A DNA stretch of 64,000 nt. Origin: Sulfurospirillaceae bacterium. Lineage in GTDB: Bacteria > Campylobacterota > Campylobacteria > Campylobacterales > Sulfurospirillaceae. The translations under genes and the position numbers were made by a program. Location of the stretch: positions 28,805-92,804 of the forward strand of contig JAWVXD010000009.1 in the NCBI GenBank assembly GCA_033723415.1, read 5' to 3'. A model generated the notes under the pieces. It searched no databases and was not told the DNA's origin. It saw nothing but the letters and a program-made list of their open reading frames with translations. Of the stretch, positions 48,825 to 60,078 are shown piece after piece. How positions within the stretch are numbered: position 1 is the stretch's first letter; each line of letters opens with the position of its first letter.

Positions 48825-51599
48825 ATGAAATTAATAAATCACAAATTTAAAACTATAAAAAAACTTGAAGATTTTATAGATACGTTAGATAAGAACAAAA
48901 CAGTATTTATACAAATGTTCTGTGGAATTTTTGATAGTTTGACGATCCAAGATATTTTAAATCTCCTAAATGAAAAGCTTCCGGATGCATCAATTATAGG
49001 TACGTCTACTTCAGGTGAAATTTCAAAAGGAAAAATTTCAAAAGAGAGCATTTTGATATCTTTTTCAGTATTTGATAACACACTGGTCGACACTTACTAT
49101 GTGCCTATAGTAGATTTTGAAAATGGTAAAATAGCTGCAGAGAAAATTATAAAAGAAAATACAAAAGCCTGTATAGCCTTCTGTGAAGGTCTCAAAAGTG
49201 ATCCGGAGTCTTTCATAGACGGTTTTTCTTGTGCTGCGCCAAATGTGCCATTGTCAGGAGGAAGTGCCGGAGATAATTTTCATTTTGATAAAACTTTTGT
49301 TATACACGCTGATAAGATTTATAACCAAGGCATAGTACTAGCAGTCCTAAATAGCGATGTATTACGTATATCAAGTCAATATTTGCTTGATTGGACACCT
49401 GTCGGTAAAGTTATGACGATAACTAAGGCTGATAAAAATATAGTTTATGAGATAGATGATAAGCCTATAGAAGAGATATTTCAATATTATTTGGGTGAAG
49501 ATATTCTTTGCGATATTCCAACAAATTCTATAGAGTTTCCTTTAGTTAAAATGGATAAGGATATACTCGTCGCAAGATCAATTATAAAGAAATTACCGCA
49601 AGGCGGATTTGTTTTTGCAGGTCAGTTCAAGAATGGAGAAAAAGTTCAGTTCGCCATAGGGAATCCGGAAGAAATACTTACAAGTGCTTCAAAATTGCAA
49701 TCAAAAATAATAAAAAATCCGGTGGAGGCAAGTTATATCTATTCTTGTTCTTCGCGTAAATTATTTTTAAAAGAACAATTAGATTATGAGTTTGGACTGA
49801 TAGCCGATATTGCTCCAATCTCAGGATTTATTACATATGGAGAATTTGCTTACTTAAATAAAAATAGGCTTTTAAATATCTCAACGATAACTTTGTCTTT
49901 ATCTGAATCAGATAAGCTTTTGGTGTTTGAAACAGCCGAAAGAAGGATACCGAAATACTCTGCTTTGAAGTTTTTAACACATCTTGCGAACAGAGTAGAA
50001 AATGAGCTTCAAAACAATATTCTTTTTTTAAATCAATATAAAATAGCACTTGATGAGAGTTCCATCGTATCTAAAACAGACAAAAGAGGCATTATCACAT
50101 ATACAAATGACAAATTTTGTGAAATCTCCGGTTATTCTAGAGAAGAGCTTATAGGGGAAAAACACAGTCTAATCAGACATAAAGATACCCCAAAAGAATT
50201 GTTTCAAGATATGTGGAAAACGATCACAAACGGACAAGTATGGAGAGGAAACTTTAAAAATCGTGCAAAGAACGGTGAAGATTATTATGTGAAAAGTGTG
50301 ATTTTCCCTATTCATGATCAAAATAACAATATCGTAGAATATATGGCGGTTAGAACAAATATAACAGATGTAATTAAGAAAGAAGAGATTATTAAAAAAA
50401 GTTTTATTGATAATCTAACAGGATTACAAAATAGACAAGCTTTACTCACAAATTATATAGACAAAGCCGGTTTTGGAGCCTTGTTATTGATCAATTTAGA
50501 TAGATTTTCAGAGATCAATGATTATTTCGGTTATGATTTTGGAGACGAAGTACTTAGAGCATTTGCCGGTAAATTAGAGAAAAGTCAATACTGCCAAAAT
50601 AATTTTAGAATTTCCGGTGATGAATTTGCGGTTTTACTAAAGTCAGATAAATATGACACCTCGTTAAAATCAAAGATAATAAAGATCGTAGAAGAATTGG
50701 AAAATAACAATTTCGTTATCCATGATGACGAGATATCTATAGACGCAAGTTTTGGATTTGCCTTTGGATACAATGGGAAGATTTATAATTTATCTCATTC
50801 GGCTCTTAAGGAAGCAAAAATACAAAATAAAAATATTGTTATCTTCAATGAAGAAAGCCATATAGCGATCAAAATACAAAACAATATAGACATGATACAT
50901 CAATTGAAACTAGCGATAAAAGAAGATCGTATAGTGCCGTATTTTCAAGGTATCGTGGATAATAAGAGCAGAAAAATCATAAAGTATGAAGCTTTAATAC
51001 GATTGATAAAGAAAGACGGTTCACTGCTTATGCCTTTTTTCTTTTTGGAACAAGCTAAAAAAACCAAGATATATCCGAAGTTGACTCAAATCATGATAAA
51101 AAAATCTTTTGAATTTTTTGCAAATCTTGATTATGATTTTTCGATTAATTTTATAGTCGAGGATATGCTGTCTTTAGAGATAAAAGAAGTTTTATTTGAT
51201 TGTTTGGAAACTTATAATTGTGGAAATAGATTGATAATTGAGATCATTGAAAGTGAAGAAATAGAAAAATTCCATGAAGTCAAGGACTTTATAAACGAGA
51301 TAAGATCTTACGGATGCAAGATCGCAATAGATGACTTTGGAAGCGGATATTCAAATTTTTCGTATTTATCAGAGTTAAGTGTTGATTATCTGAAGATAGA
51401 CGGTTCATTGATCAAAAATATTGACACTGACACAAATCAGAGGATCATTGTTGAAAGTATACTTTATTTTGCCAAATCACAAGGTATAAAAACTATAGCA
51501 GAGTTCGTAGAAAACGAAGCTATATTTAATAAAGTGGTAGAACTTGGCATAGATGAATCACAAGGATATTTATTTTCTAAACCGTCTAGATTTCTTTAG
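48825..51599 (+). CDS. FIST-PAS-GGDEF-EAL c-di-GMP signalling protein
   Basis: GTSTSGEI, GGSAGD, YSCSSR, GFITYGE (FIST); SKTDKRGIITYTNDKFCEISGY (PAS); SGDEF; YEALIR; DDFGSGYSNF. Confidence 0.9.
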   Translation: MKLINHKFKTIKKLEDFIDTLDKNKTVFIQMFCGIFDSLTIQDILNLLNEKLPDASIIGTSTSGEISKGKISKESILISFSVFDNTLVDTYYVPIVDFENGKIAAEKIIKENTKACIAFCEGLKSDPESFIDGFSCAAPNVPLSGGSAGDNFHFDKTFVIHADKIYNQGIVLAVLNSDVLRISSQYLLDWTPVGKVMTITKADKNIVYEIDDKPIEEIFQYYLGEDILCDIPTNSIEFPLVKMDKDILVARSIIKKLPQGGFVFAGQFKNGEKVQFAIGNPEEILTSASKLQSKIIKNPVEASYIYSCSSRKLFLKEQLDYEFGLIADIAPISGFITYGEFAYLNKNRLLNISTITLSLSESDKLLVFETAERRIPKYSALKFLTHLANRVENELQNNILFLNQYKIALDESSIVSKTDKRGIITYTNDKFCEISGYSREELIGEKHSLIRHKDTPKELFQDMWKTITNGQVWRGNFKNRAKNGEDYYVKSVIFPIHDQNNNIVEYMAVRTNITDVIKKEEIIKKSFIDNLTGLQNRQALLTNYIDKAGFGALLLINLDRFSEINDYFGYDFGDEVLRAFAGKLEKSQYCQNNFRISGDEFAVLLKSDKYDTSLKSKIIKIVEELENNNFVIHDDEISIDASFGFAFGYNGKIYNLSHSALKEAKIQNKNIVIFNEESHIAIKIQNNIDMIHQLKLAIKEDRIVPYFQGIVDNKSRKIIKYEALIRLIKKDGSLLMPFFFLEQAKKTKIYPKLTQIMIKKSFEFFANLDYDFSINFIVEDMLSLEIKEVLFDCLETYNCGNRLIIEIIESEEIEKFHEVKDFINEIRSYGCKIAIDDFGSGYSNFSYLSELSVDYLKIDGSLIKNIDTDTNQRIIVESILYFAKSQGIKTIAEFVENEAIFNKVVELGIDESQGYLFSKPSRFL

Positions 51600-52779
51600 C
51601 AAGCTTCTTAAATAAATCTCCTCTGTGTTCATATGATTTGAACTGATCTAAACTGGCAGCTGCAGGGGATAGAAGCACTATAGTTTCAAGCGTGTGAATT
51701 TTGTTTATCTCTTTAACAGCCTTTTCTAGATGATAACTTGCATATACGGTTTTGTTTATCTTTTCACAAAAATCTACTATTTTCTCGGTGTTTGAGCCTA
51801 TAGCAAATATTTGAACGTTTAATGGTCGCAACATCTCAAAAAGAGGGCTTAGATCTACGCCTTTGTCATCACCGCCGAGTATCAATATCAAGTTTGCGTC
51901 CTGGTATCGTTTTACAGCTTCAAGAGTAGCATCTAAATTTGTTCCTTTTGAATCATTTACCCAGATTCTGCCTTTTTTGTCGTAAAATTCTTCTAGCTTA
52001 TGTACATCCGTTTTGAATGCATTGATCTTTTCGTAATCAATCTTGTTAAAAAGAACTTTTTGTGCTGCCATGGCAAGTATGGCATCTAGTAAAAAAGGAG
52101 TTTGAAATTTTACTTTTTCTATATCTATTCCAAGCTTGATTGAGAGATCAAATTCATCATTATATATTATCTTATGAGCAAGAGTATTGATGTTTTTGTA
52201 AGCTTTAGGGATGATAACTACGCTGCCTTCTCTCATCCTCTCAAGCGGAGTGAGTTTTGCATTTTCATATCCTTCAAAGCCACCGTGCCAGGTTAGATGA
52301 TCAGGTTTAATAGGCAAAAGCAAATAGATATCCGGAGTTGCAATCTTTGTATAGTGTAACATATATGAACTTGTTTCTAGCACCCATATAGGCGCATTAG
52401 TATCAAGTTCAGCCAATGGAGTTCCTATATTTCCACCACTCAAAGAGCCTTTGTCTTTTAGCAGAAAATCACACATTTGAGTTGTCGTAGTTTTGCCGTT
52501 TGTGCCACTTATCCAGATTGAAAATGGCATCTGTGAAGCGAAAAAATCATACTCGCTCATGAGATTTTTCGCATTTTTGACCAGCTCATGACGAGGAGGA
52601 AAGCTAGGACTTAGGACCTGTACGTCACTTTCATAATTTGAAAATTCATTTGGAGGCAGGAGCAGATTTCCATATTCGTCTTTGCTTTTTTCTTTGATAT
52701 GATCATCAAAAATAAGACAATCTTTGAACCTTTTTGCTATGGCTTTCGTTGTTTTACCGTTTCCAAATAGTGCTATCAT
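51586..52779 (-). CDS. murD: UDP-N-acetylmuramoyl-L-alanine--D-glutamate ligase
   Basis: [46 protein letters not shown] overlap with mraY. Confidence 0.95.
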   Translation of the reverse strand: MIALFGNGKTTKAIAKRFKDCLIFDDHIKEKSKDEYGNLLLPPNEFSNYESDVQVLSPSFPPRHELVKNAKNLMSEYDFFASQMPFSIWISGTNGKTTTTQMCDFLLKDKGSLSGGNIGTPLAELDTNAPIWVLETSSYMLHYTKIATPDIYLLLPIKPDHLTWHGGFEGYENAKLTPLERMREGSVVIIPKAYKNINTLAHKIIYNDEFDLSIKLGIDIEKVKFQTPFLLDAILAMAAQKVLFNKIDYEKINAFKTDVHKLEEFYDKKGRIWVNDSKGTNLDATLEAVKRYQDANLILILGGDDKGVDLSPLFEMLRPLNVQIFAIGSNTEKIVDFCEKINKTVYASYHLEKAVKEINKIHTLETIVLLSPAAASLDQFKSYEHRGDLFKKLAKEI

Positions 52780-53840
52780 CTGATTTTCAACGCCGTTAGT
52801 GCAATTATGTTTGATATGATTGCCATGATCCAAAACCTCACTATGATTTTATTTTCTGCCCATCCTTTGATTTCAAAATGATGATGAATAGGAGCCATCA
52901 AAAACATTCTTTTCTTACGAGTCTTAAAGCTTCCTACCTGCAGGATGACGGACAATGTTTCCAGTACAAAAACAAAACTGATCAAGATAAGCAAAAATTC
53001 ATTTTTAGAAATTATCGCCATATATCCAATAAATGCTCCGATACTCAAGCTTCCGCTGTCTCCCATAAAGACTTCCGCAGGGTAGCAGTTATACCATAAA
53101 AATCCGACAAGTGAACCTATCATGGCTGCTGCTATAATGACAACTTCACCGCTTCCGCTGACTTTTGGAAGCAAGAGATAGCTGCTTAGTACGGCGTTTC
53201 CGCTCACATAAACGAAAACACCTAGACTGATCATAGAAAATATGGACGGTACGGTTGCTAACCCGTCTAATCCATCCGTAAGATTTACCGCGTTGCTGGA
53301 AGATACCATGACGATAGACCAAAATATAACGATAAGCCAATTCATATCTATGATTGGATGTTTATAGAAAGGAAGATATATCTCATGATTCAACCCCGCA
53401 AGAGAATAAAGCGAGTAGCCAAGTACCAAAGAAGATAAAAATTGTAAGAATATTTTAGTTTTGGCACTTATTCCGGAGGCATTATTTTTGCCGACTATTT
53501 TCGCAATATCGTCTTTTACGCCTATAAGCCCAAACAAAATAATCGTAAAAAGACCTAAGGCTACATATACGTTTGCCAAATGAGCACAAAAAATAATAGA
53601 TATGACAGTAGAAAAGATTATGACAATCCCTCCCATGGTAGGAGTTTTACTTTTTATTTGATGTGTTTTAGGTGCCAGATCGTAGATCGGTTGGTTTGCA
53701 TTTTTCCCTTTTGCCCACGCTATAAAACGGGGCATCAAAAATAAACTGATAGTTAGAGATATAAAAAAAGCAAAACCAGATCTTACGGTTATGTACTGAA
53801 ATAAGTTAATGTGTAAACCATGATAAAGCCAATAAAGCAT
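52776..53840 (-). CDS. mraY: Phospho-N-acetylmuramoyl-pentapeptide transferase
   Basis: [35 protein letters not shown]. Confidence 0.98.
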   Translation of the reverse strand: MLYWLYHGLHINLFQYITVRSGFAFFISLTISLFLMPRFIAWAKGKNANQPIYDLAPKTHQIKSKTPTMGGIVIIFSTVISIIFCAHLANVYVALGLFTIILFGLIGVKDDIAKIVGKNNASGISAKTKIFLQFLSSLVLGYSLYSLAGLNHEIYLPFYKHPIIDMNWLIVIFWSIVMVSSSNAVNLTDGLDGLATVPSIFSMISLGVFVYVSGNAVLSSYLLLPKVSGSGEVVIIAAAMIGSLVGFLWYNCYPAEVFMGDSGSLSIGAFIGYMAIISKNEFLLILISFVFVLETLSVILQVGSFKTRKKRMFLMAPIHHHFEIKGWAENKIIVRFWIMAIISNIIALTALKIR

Positions 53841-54061
53841 CGCAATCCCATATATTTTATTAAAAGCTACATTGTAGTAAAATATTGCTTATAAGTTGTT
53901 AATAACATAAAGTAATAAACAAATTATGATATATTAGGATAGAGAGTTCTTTGTTGAACGCATATTTGGCAAAAAAATCATATGGTGATTTTTACTCAAT
54001 GTTCAAATTTTAGTAAGGGGAATTTAGTTTGGATAAGGTTCAGACTAAAGGAGAAATTTTA

Positions 54062-55546
54062 ATGAATGATAAAGTACAAAAAACGATCTTAGTGATAACA
54101 GATGGCATAGGATATAACTCAAGTGATAGTAATAATGCTTTTTCCAATGCCAAAAAACCGACATACGACAGACTGTTTAAAGAAGTCCCTCATAGTTTTA
54201 TAAAAACTTCAGGACTATCTGTAGGTTTGCCTGAAGGACAGATGGGAAATAGCGAAGTAGGACATATGTGTATCGGAAGCGGTAGGATCTTGTATCAAAA
54301 TTTGGTAAAGATTTCCCAAGCGATACGAGATGATACTCTAAAGAATAATCAAGCTTTGAAACACATCTTGCAGGTAAGCGGAGATATCCATATCATAGGA
54401 CTTGTGAGCGATGGAGGAGTACATTCTCATATCGATCATATCATAGCACTTGCTGAGATTGCAAAGCTTGAGGGCAAAAAAGTTCATCTTCATGCTATAA
54501 CTGACGGCAGAGATGTCTCACCAACTTCAGGTGATTCATTTTTAGAGAAATTAAGTTCAATTTGCGATGAATCTATAGAAATCTCTACTATAAGCGGTAG
54601 ATTTTATGCGATGGATAGAGACAATAGATGGGAGAGAGTACAAAAAGCTTACAACGTCATAGTTAATGGTGCTAGTAAAACTGACCTTTCTGTATTGGAA
54701 TACATCAAGAATTCTTATGAAAAAAACATCACGGATGAATTTATAGAGCCTGCTTGTTTTTCTGACTATAACGGTATGAAAAAAGAAGACGGAGTTATAT
54801 TTGCAAATTTTAGAAATGACAGAATGAGAGAGATGACCAAGGCGATCGGATTTGATCATTTTGACGAATTTGAGCGTAAGGTCGGTGCTATCAGCTGTAT
54901 CACTATGACAAATTACGATAGCTCTTTCCCTTTTGAGATCATGTTTGATCAAACTGTTCCAAAAAATACTTTGGCAAGTGTTATATCAGAACAAAATCTT
55001 AGACAGTTTCATACTGCTGAAACCGAGAAATATGCACATGTGACCTTTTTCTTTAACGGAGGCATAGAAGAGCCTTATATCGGAGAGAGTAGACTTCTTA
55101 TACCTAGTCCTAAAGTAGCGACTTATGATCTAATGCCTGAGATGAGCTCATCAAAAGTAGGAGACGGTGTTTTAAGCGCTATGGATGAAGAGTATGATTT
55201 TATAGTCGTCAATTTTGCAAATGGCGATATGGTAGGACATACAGGAAATTATGAAGCTTCTGTAAAAGCGGTTGAAGCAGTAGATAAGCAAATAGGCAGG
55301 ATTTTAGATAAAGCGAAAGAAAAGGATTATGCTTTTGTTTTGACAAGTGATCATGGAAATTGTGAAATGATGGCAGAAGAAAGCGGCAAGAAACTAACAA
55401 ATCATACAACTTTTGATGTTTTTTGTTTTGTGTCCGCAAATGGAGTAACAAAGGTAAAGAACGGCGGTTTAAACAACATCGCTCCGACGGTTCTAAAGCT
55501 CATGGGTATAGAAATTCCACAAGAGATGGATACGCCTTTGGTGTAA
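54062..55546 (+). CDS. gpmI: 2,3-bisphosphoglycerate-independent phosphoglycerate mutase
   Basis: TDGIG, GQMGNSEVGH, SDGGVHSH, AETEKYAHVTFF, DMVGHTG, SDHGNCE. Confidence 0.97.
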   Translation: MNDKVQKTILVITDGIGYNSSDSNNAFSNAKKPTYDRLFKEVPHSFIKTSGLSVGLPEGQMGNSEVGHMCIGSGRILYQNLVKISQAIRDDTLKNNQALKHILQVSGDIHIIGLVSDGGVHSHIDHIIALAEIAKLEGKKVHLHAITDGRDVSPTSGDSFLEKLSSICDESIEISTISGRFYAMDRDNRWERVQKAYNVIVNGASKTDLSVLEYIKNSYEKNITDEFIEPACFSDYNGMKKEDGVIFANFRNDRMREMTKAIGFDHFDEFERKVGAISCITMTNYDSSFPFEIMFDQTVPKNTLASVISEQNLRQFHTAETEKYAHVTFFFNGGIEEPYIGESRLLIPSPKVATYDLMPEMSSSKVGDGVLSAMDEEYDFIVVNFANGDMVGHTGNYEASVKAVEAVDKQIGRILDKAKEKDYAFVLTSDHGNCEMMAEESGKKLTNHTTFDVFCFVSANGVTKVKNGGLNNIAPTVLKLMGIEIPQEMDTPLV

Positions 55547-55577
55547 AGTTTCAAAAGTGCTAAAAACAAATAAAGAG

Positions 55578-55754
55578 CGGCTAGCCGCGAGGGCACTCCG
55601 CCGAGGAGAACCAAGCGTTAGCGTAGTTTTTTGGACTTGTTCAAAAAGCGTGTTAAAGAGATAAAACGGCTAGCCGCGAGGGCACTCCGCCGAGGAGAAC
55701 CAAGCGTTAGCGTAGTTTTTTGGACTTGTTCAAAAAGCATGTTAAAAGATAAAA
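55578..55754. repeat. Tandem duplication of an 89-bp GC-rich palindromic intergenic unit
   Basis: CGGCTAGCCG...CAAAAAGC identical over 72 bp at 55578 and 55667. Confidence 0.95.
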
Positions 55755-55776
55755 TTAAATTTTTAGGAGAATATAA

Positions 55777-56520
55777 ATGAAATTTAGCGGTAAAAATGTT
55801 TTAATAACTGGTGCTGCAAGCGGAATAGGTAAACAAGTTGCGATAACATTAGCAAATTACGGTTTAAAAGTATGGATAAATTATCGCTCACGTCCAAGTG
55901 AAGCAGATGCACTAAAAGAAGAGATTGAATCAAATGGCGGAACAGCAGCGGTTATCTGTTTTGATGTCGCAGATGAAGAAGGTTTTATAGAAGGTATCAA
56001 GACAATAATCAGTAGCGATGGAGAACTTTCATATTTGGTAAATAATGCAGGTATCACAAATGATAAATTGGCGATGAGAATGAAAACAGAAGATTTTACT
56101 TCAGTTATAAATGTAAATTTGACTTCAGTATTTGTAGGCTGTAGAGAAGCTTTGAAAGTTATGAGTAAAAAAAGATTTGGAAGTGTTGTAAATATTGCTT
56201 CTATAGTCGGTGAAACAGGAAATGCAGGTCAAGTAAACTATAGTGCAAGCAAAGGCGGAGTTATCGCTATGACAAAAAGTTTTGCATTAGAAGGCAGTGC
56301 CAGAGATATAAGATTTAACTCTATAACACCGGGTTTTATAGCTACTGAAATGACGGAAAAACTGAGTGATGACGTCAAAGAATCATATACTAGCAAAATA
56401 CCTCTAAAGAGATTTGGAACACCTGAAGATGTTGCCGAATCAGTTGCATTTTTACTTAGTGACAGTTCGTCCTATATAACAGGAACAACTCTCCGGGTAA
56501 ACGGCGGCATGTATATGTAG
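55777..56520 (+). CDS. fabG: 3-oxoacyl-ACP reductase
   Basis: TGAASGIG, NNAGITND, GNAGQVNYSASKGG; fab operon context. Confidence 0.96.
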   Translation: MKFSGKNVLITGAASGIGKQVAITLANYGLKVWINYRSRPSEADALKEEIESNGGTAAVICFDVADEEGFIEGIKTIISSDGELSYLVNNAGITNDKLAMRMKTEDFTSVINVNLTSVFVGCREALKVMSKKRFGSVVNIASIVGETGNAGQVNYSASKGGVIAMTKSFALEGSARDIRFNSITPGFIATEMTEKLSDDVKESYTSKIPLKRFGTPEDVAESVAFLLSDSSSYITGTTLRVNGGMYM

Positions 56521-56588
56521 CTTTAAGTCATAACATGAATTAAAGTTTATTTTGATAAAATAATGAAAATTTTTTAAAGGAGTTAGTG

Positions 56589-56819
56589 ATGGCACTAATT
56601 GAAGAAGTAAAAGAGGTTGTAGTTGAGCAACTAAATGTTAATCCTGATGAAGTAAAAGAAGAATCAAAATTCGTTGAAGATTTGGGCGCTGATTCTCTGG
56701 ATGTTGTTGAACTAGTTATGGCATTGGAAGAAAAATTTGATATAGAAATTCCTGATACCGATGCAGAAAAAATAGTAACAGTAAGTGATGCTGTAAAATA
56801 CATAGAAGAACATAAATAA
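56589..56819 (+). CDS. acpP: Acyl carrier protein
   Basis: [18 protein letters not shown]. Confidence 0.98.
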   Translation: MALIEEVKEVVVEQLNVNPDEVKEESKFVEDLGADSLDVVELVMALEEKFDIEIPDTDAEKIVTVSDAVKYIEEHK

Positions 56820-56837
56820 AAACTATCATATTATCTT

Positions 56838-56860
56838 AGCGCTAGGTTTACCCTAGTGCT
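56838..56860 (+). terminator. Stem-loop after acpP
   Basis: AGCGCTAGG-TTTAC-CCTAGTGCT. Confidence 0.55.
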
Positions 56861-56887
56861 CTTTCTAGTGAAAATTAAGGAGTTATC

Positions 56888-58096
56888 TTGAGAAGAGTAG
56901 TAGTCACAGGTTTAGGTATGATTAATTCAGTCGGGTTAGACAAAGAAAGTTCTTTTAAGGCTATAGTTGAAGGAAAATGTGGCATTAAAAGGATTAGTTC
57001 ATTTGATACGACTAATCACTCTGTAAAGATTGCAGGTGAAATTACTGATTTTGATCCTGAAACTGTTATGAATCCAAAAGATGTAAAAAAAGCTGACAGA
57101 TTTATCCAACTTGGTTTAAAAGCTGCGCAAGAAGCGATGTTGGATGCTAAACTCGACTCTTATGACGAAGAGCGATTTGGTGTATGCTCGGCTTCAGGGA
57201 TAGGTGGTTTGATCGCGATAGAAAAGAACTCTTTGATTTGTGAAGAGCGAGGTCCAAGACGGATATCGCCTTTTTTTATTCCATCAGCGCTTGTAAATAT
57301 GCTTGGTGGTATGGTTGCGATTGATCATAAACTTAAAGGTCCAAATCTTTCAGCAGTAACTGCTTGTGCAGCAGGAACTCATGCGATATCAGAAGCTTTT
57401 AAGACGATTGTAGTAGGTGGCGCAGATAAGATACTGGTAGTTGGTGCGGAAGCTGCTATCAGTGCTGTCGGTGTTGGCGGTTTTTCATCAATGAAAGCTC
57501 TCTCTACTAGAAATGACGAACCACAACTTGCATCTCGTCCTTTTGACGGACAGAGAGATGGTTTTGTCATGGGTGAGGGTGCAGGAGCACTTGTATTGGA
57601 AGACTATGAAGATGCCGTTGCCAGAGGTGCCCATATATACGGTGAGATCATAGGTTTTGGTGAAAGCGGTGATGCTTATCATATAACTACACCTGCACCT
57701 GATGGAGCACTTAGAGCTATGAAAGCAGCTTATGAAATGGCAAATAGACCAAAAGTCGATTATGTGAATGCACATGGAACAAGCACTGCTGCAAATGATC
57801 AAAATGAAACAGCGGCTATAAAAGCGTTATTTGGTGAAAACGTTCCTTTGGTCAGTTCAACAAAAGGACAGATCGGACATTGTCTTGGTGCAGCCGGAGC
57901 TATTGAAGCGGTTATATCATTGATGGCGATGAGAGATAGAATTTTACCTCCAACGATAAATCAAACAACACCGGATCCTGATTGTGATTTGGATTATATA
58001 GCTAATACAGCCAGATCAGTGGATGTAGATGTTGTTATGAGCAATTCATTTGGATTTGGCGGTACAAATGGCTCTTTAATATTTAGAAGAGTCTAG
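56888..58096 (+). CDS. fabF: Beta-ketoacyl-ACP synthase II
   Basis: RRVVVTGLG, TACAAG, NAHGTST, GHCLGAAG, SNSFGFGGTN. Confidence 0.96.
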   Translation: MRRVVVTGLGMINSVGLDKESSFKAIVEGKCGIKRISSFDTTNHSVKIAGEITDFDPETVMNPKDVKKADRFIQLGLKAAQEAMLDAKLDSYDEERFGVCSASGIGGLIAIEKNSLICEERGPRRISPFFIPSALVNMLGGMVAIDHKLKGPNLSAVTACAAGTHAISEAFKTIVVGGADKILVVGAEAAISAVGVGGFSSMKALSTRNDEPQLASRPFDGQRDGFVMGEGAGALVLEDYEDAVARGAHIYGEIIGFGESGDAYHITTPAPDGALRAMKAAYEMANRPKVDYVNAHGTSTAANDQNETAAIKALFGENVPLVSSTKGQIGHCLGAAGAIEAVISLMAMRDRILPPTINQTTPDPDCDLDYIANTARSVDVDVVMSNSFGFGGTNGSLIFRRV

Positions 58097-58105
58097 GAAA
58101 TATTT

Positions 58106-59044
58106 ATGGCAACATATTTGGACTTTGAAAAAAGTATAAAAAGCTTAGATGAAGATATTGCCAATGCAAAAATAAAAGGCGACATTCCTGCAGTTGAAAT
58201 TTTAGAAAAGAATTTAGCTAAAGAGATATCAAAAGTCTATAAAAATTTAAATGACTACCAAAAACTACAGCTGGCAAGACATCCAGATCGTCCGTATGCT
58301 ATGGATTATATCAGACTTATCTTGGATGATGCATATCAGATACATGGAGATCGCGCATTTAGAGATGATGAAGCGATGTTGGCGTACATGGGATATATCT
58401 CAGGGCACAAAGTCATCGTAATCGGACAGCAAAAGGGACGAGGAACAAAATATAAACTAAAACGAAATTTTGGTATGCCTCATCCTGAAGGTTACAGAAA
58501 AGCTCTTCGTATTGCCAAGATGGCAGAAAAATTTGATATCCCGGTACTTTTTTTGATAGACACTCCCGGTGCATATCCGGGACTTGAAGCAGAAGAGAGA
58601 GGTCAAAGTGAAGCAATCGCTAAAAATCTGTATGAGCTTAGTGATATAAAAACAAAGACTTTAGCGATAGTTATCGGAGAAGGTGGAAGCGGCGGCGCTT
58701 TGGCTATAGGTGTCGCTGATAAGATAGCTATGATGCGATACTCCGTATTTTCCGTTATTTCCCCTGAGGGATGTGCTGCGATTTTATGGAATGACCCTCT
58801 AAAACAAGAAAATGCTACAAAAGCCATGAAGATAACGGCTGAAGATTTGCATAAACTAAAACTTATAGATGCAGTTTTAGATGAGCCTATAGTCGGTGCT
58901 CATAGAGATAAGATCGGAGCTGCAAACGCAATCAAAGACTACTTTTTGAATTTTCTAGATGAGATGGATAAATTGAGTCCGGAAGAGCGACTCAAAAGAA
59001 GATTTGATAAAATACTCTCAATCGGTGCTTACGAAGAACTTTAA
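58106..59044 (+). CDS. accA: Acetyl-CoA carboxylase carboxyltransferase alpha subunit
   Basis: [38 protein letters not shown]. Confidence 0.97.
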   Translation: MATYLDFEKSIKSLDEDIANAKIKGDIPAVEILEKNLAKEISKVYKNLNDYQKLQLARHPDRPYAMDYIRLILDDAYQIHGDRAFRDDEAMLAYMGYISGHKVIVIGQQKGRGTKYKLKRNFGMPHPEGYRKALRIAKMAEKFDIPVLFLIDTPGAYPGLEAEERGQSEAIAKNLYELSDIKTKTLAIVIGEGGSGGALAIGVADKIAMMRYSVFSVISPEGCAAILWNDPLKQENATKAMKITAEDLHKLKLIDAVLDEPIVGAHRDKIGAANAIKDYFLNFLDEMDKLSPEERLKRRFDKILSIGAYEEL

Positions 59045-59092
59045 CTCTCGATAATTTATAGCAGTAAAATTTATATATTTTTAGATGAAGAT

Positions 59093-59116
59093 AACCCGGG
59101 TTTTGACACCCGGGTT
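59093..59116. terminator. Bidirectional terminator between accA and petC
   Basis: AACCCGGGT-N6-ACCCGGGTT. Confidence 0.7.
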
Positions 59117-59124
59117 TAGTTTTC

Positions 59125-60078
59125 TTAGTGTAGATCTTTCCAGATAGATCTCTTCCACAATAGTGCAAGTATAGTAAATATTACAAAGAAGCCTATGACC
59201 CATGGTCCTATTTTTTCTCTGGCCGGTTTACTAGGATCACCTGTTTTTTCCAAGAATGCTTTAACGTTCTCGTATCCTTCTTTATTTAAACCAACTCTAG
59301 GCATAGCAGTACCAGGAAGTTGACTTTGAGGATCTTCTACGAAAGTTTTCATAAAACTTTCGCTTCTAGCTCTAATCATGATAGAAAGATCAGGAGGAAG
59401 TTTACCTAAGTATTTAGCTAGATTATTTTGATAATCTGCAACTTTTGTTTCAAACTTCAATAGATCAATATCTTGATTTGTAGTGATATTTGATTTAGTT
59501 TTTGGTACAAAACCAATCTGAGTCCATTTTGCATATCTATTTGCATGACATCTACCGCAACTAACTGTATATGCGATTGTCGGAGTTATTTTGCTTGCTG
59601 TTGCTATTGATTTTAAATATGCAACCATATCTGCTACTTCTTGATTTTTGTCTCCGCCTGCTCCTGCAAATGCCGGCATAGGGAATACTCTTGTTTTGCC
59701 GTCAAATTTGTGACCGAGCATCAAAGCTTTTGTCGGATCTTTTATCATCTCAGCCAAAAATTTCTCATCAAATAAAGCACCTACATGACTTAAATCAGGT
59801 GGATTCACGCCATAGCTTGCAGCAGCGGTATTTGCATCCATCGGACTTGGTATGCCAGCAGCTTTTATACTGTGACAGCCGACACATGCACCAGCACCCA
59901 TTACAAGTGCTTTTCCTCTTGCCGCATCTCCTGTTTTAGTCAATGCAGGCAGATCTTTGTATGCAAAATGTTTGAAATCTACATGTTTGTGCATTACACT
60001 ATGCGCAAACGGCTCAACTCCCCAATATGTAAGAAGCGTAAAAAATACGAGTACTGCTATTATTTTTAATTCTTTCAT
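59125..60078 (-). CDS. petC: Cytochrome bc1 complex cytochrome c subunit (two CxxCH)
   Basis: CVGCH, CGRCH, PPDLS, PGTAMP, C-terminal TM. Confidence 0.92.
   Translation of the reverse strand: MKELKIIAVLVFFTLLTYWGVEPFAHSVMHKHVDFKHFAYKDLPALTKTGDAARGKALVMGAGACVGCHSIKAAGIPSPMDANTAAASYGVNPPDLSHVGALFDEKFLAEMIKDPTKALMLGHKFDGKTRVFPMPAFAGAGGDKNQEVADMVAYLKSIATASKITPTIAYTVSCGRCHANRYAKWTQIGFVPKTKSNITTNQDIDLLKFETKVADYQNNLAKYLGKLPPDLSIMIRARSESFMKTFVEDPQSQLPGTAMPRVGLNKEGYENVKAFLEKTGDPSKPAREKIGPWVIGFFVIFTILALLWKRSIWKDLH

Noticed and set aside
51586..51599. Convergent overlap of the EAL gene and murD
   Set aside because: Short 3' overlaps are common in compact genomes.
55578..55754. Possible CRISPR array
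   Set aside because: Only two 89-bp units, no unique spacers and no cas genes.
59125..60078. Two haem motifs in PetC as a novelty
   Set aside because: A dihaem cytochrome c subunit is the usual form in Campylobacterota bc complexes.
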